Source of the DNA: the human T2T-CHM13v2.0 reference genome, Homo sapiens
Assembly: GCF_009914755.1 (NCBI RefSeq)
Contig: NC_060928.1
Length of the DNA: 64,000 nt
Direction: 5' to 3' (one strand)
The notes below the pieces were generated by a model. It did no database searches. It had not been told where the DNA came from and saw nothing but the letters and a program-made list of their open reading frames with translations. Below, piece by piece: positions 61,582 to 64,000 of the stretch; position 1 is the stretch's first letter; every line of letters begins with the position of its first letter. Made by a program: the position numbers and the translations under genes.

Positions 61582-62018
61582 ACAATTTTCTTAAAAATAA
61601 AAAAAAAGCAAAAACCCCCTTTCTCACAAATGATTATAAAAATAGGCAATATTCTAGTGCTATTAGTAGTTCCATGCTTTCGTAAATGATTGTGCATGTT
61701 TTTGCTAACTGCAAACACTAGACAAGAAATAAAATTTCCGTCTAAACCACAGGCCACATCACCATACTATAGCAACTCTATGGATGAGTCACTGACTTAT
61801 GGATTCTGTGTTTCATGAAGCTTCTGCAATCTCTTCTTTACAGTGAATGTAGCTGTTTGCTTGGCATAGTAGCAGATAGCAAGACAGCACAGACTATTAG
61901 AGTGGAGGGGAGAAATGGAAGAATGAAGGGCAAAAACATCTCTTGTCCTGAGTGGGCTCAAGCAGGTATGCCTAGCATCTTTCTTTCCCATAAAGAAGGA
62001 TAAGTGAGAGTGATTTAG

Positions 62019-62378
<360 letters not shown>

Positions 62379-62790
62379 GAGAATGGACATTTAGAGTTTA
62401 CAAAGCAGCTTTACAACCAGTGTCCTATTTGATTACAACAGCCTGAGTCACTAAGTACATTTTATAGATGGTAGAGTATTGAGTTTCAAGAGGTTCAAGT
62501 GACTTGCCTGATGTCACACAGGCAGTAAGGACAGGGCTAAGTGTGAAATTCAGGCCAACTGTTTGCAAAAACAATAACAATTTTCCCTATAACAGCCACT
62601 GCTCGTTAGGATAAGGTGGACTAGGTCTGACTAATTAAGCTGATAACCAGCGCTCTTGCTAAACAACTAAGCCTACAAGGTTATTGGTACCTTCCCACTG
62701 GAATCTTATATTCATGGTTCAAGAACTCTGAATTTGTCTTTCTCTCGAGAATCCATTTAATTCACTTCAATTTATATTCATGGAGTATTT

Positions 62791-62951
62791 TACTAAATAC
62801 TAATATTTTACTAAATAAAAAGTATATGCTTTTATTAAATCATGGCTTCTTAATATGTATCTATTACTATTACTATTACTAAATACTAAATATTTTACTA
62901 AATAAAAAGTATATGCTTTTATTAAATCATGGCTTCTTAATATGTATCTAT
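62791..62951. repeat. Near-perfect 74-bp local duplication (62791-62864 and 62877-62951)
   Basis: copies differ only by a 1-nt indel; separated by (TACTAT)2. Confidence 0.9.
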
Positions 62952-63380
62952 ATTTCTATACCTACGTCTATATCTCTGTATCTGTGCCATTTATGTAAAA
63001 AGCCCATTTTATTGAAATAACCAATACATACACATGCACACTGACCAATCAAACTTACCTTGATAAAATAGCTCTAAGGTTCTCTTTCTGGCTTGATAAA
63101 TAATTTGCCTTGTGTTTGTAAAGTATTTCATTTAAGGCCACAAATGAGTTTATAACACAGAAAATTGAAGGCCAGTCTTGCTGTCCCACTTTTTCTCCAC
63201 AAAATACATGGCAGTTTCCCTTTTAGCAAAACTTGACTTCCAATATTTGCAAACTCAGTAACTAAATAAAGCTTTGGGTTTAGGAAAACAGTTACATTAT
63301 ACTATATGAGAATATGTTTTTGCAATCTTAAGATAAATTATTGCAATGATAGTTTAACACTGATTATCTCTATTTTTCAG

Positions 63381-63480
63381 AAGCAGATTTTGCAAAGAGT
63401 GGTATGTAAAAAGCAATTATCATGTAAAAAAATCATTATGATTTACATGAGAAGTTAGGAGGTAGTAACTTCCATGACAG
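63381..63480 (+). pseudogene. Pseudo-exon 10: KQILQRVVCK(+A)SNYHVK(+A)NHYDLHEKLGGSNFHDR, 100 nt
   Basis: tttttcag acceptor; 98+2 nt, consistent with two A-run insertions; EKLG..F motif; donor GGATGC versus AFM GTATGT. Confidence 0.8.
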
Positions 63481-64000
63481 GGATGCCTGTAAGATAGTGT
63501 TCACATTTGTGCTTGATGGTTTTAGTTCATTCCGGATGCTGAGAGTTGCTAAGAGTTTACATCCAAACTTAAAAATGTCAGAGACCAAGGAAAAAAGTCA
63601 GCTGAGAATTAACCTAGCTCTCTCTGATGAGATAGACAGCAACCTAACTTTGGGTGCCTTCACACTACTTTCCAGGCCAATTCCTCTGATACCAGACAAT
63701 GCCCAGAGGTCAGGGTGCAAAGCAGGCTCTGACTGCCCTCCTGCAATCCCATAGAGACCTCTCCCTCACACCTGAACATTTAGTTTGGGGCTTTGCCTAT
63801 GATTTTGAGTCAAGACTGACAGAGATCTAATCCAGGGTTCCTTTTCCAGTTTCAAGTCAGATCCACAGAGCAAATTTCGCATTTTCATCACCAAGAAGAG
63901 AGCTAAACAGATATATTAGTTATTTGCCTGTGGGAACATACACCCTTTCTTGTGGGCAGGGAGCCTGGGAAATCCCCTCGTATTTCAAAAATTCAATTGT

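Noticed and set aside
62600-62680. tRNA-like segment on the minus strand
   Set aside because: No complete cloverleaf or clear B box; at best an ancient tRNA-derived SINE head

Overview
Primate (human-like) genomic DNA from the albumin gene cluster. The + strand carries the complete 15-exon afamin gene (AFM). I reconstructed it by eye: ATG 7403, 14 coding exons summing to 1800 nt (599 aa + TGA at 28677-28679), all introns GT-AG, a non-coding exon 15 with two AATAAA signals, and a TATA box with two HNF1-type sites. About 4 kb downstream, on the same strand and almost invisible in the ORF track, lies a decayed albumin-family paralogue. From recall it matches the described AFP-related gene (ARG), functional in rodents and dead in primates. 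I could trace its promoter and exons 1, 2 (tentative), 3, 5, 6, 8, 9 and 10, which carry nonsense codons, frameshifts and lost splice donors; exon 6 is split by a 97-bp internal L1 fragment lacking poly(A) and TSD. I could not find exons 4 and 7, and the gene probably continues past the right edge. The rest is typical primate repeat content: a THE1 provirus, about 19 Alus or Alu fragments, a 13-kb three-level nested antisense L1 block, MLT/ERV LTRs, MIR/L2/MER5, microsatellites and small local duplications. No RNA genes or CRISPR arrays were seen. I found no wholly new biological system; the best leads concern the fossil paralogue and a fossil albumin-like C-terminus in the AFM 3' UTR. Repeat subfamily calls are by eye and approximate.
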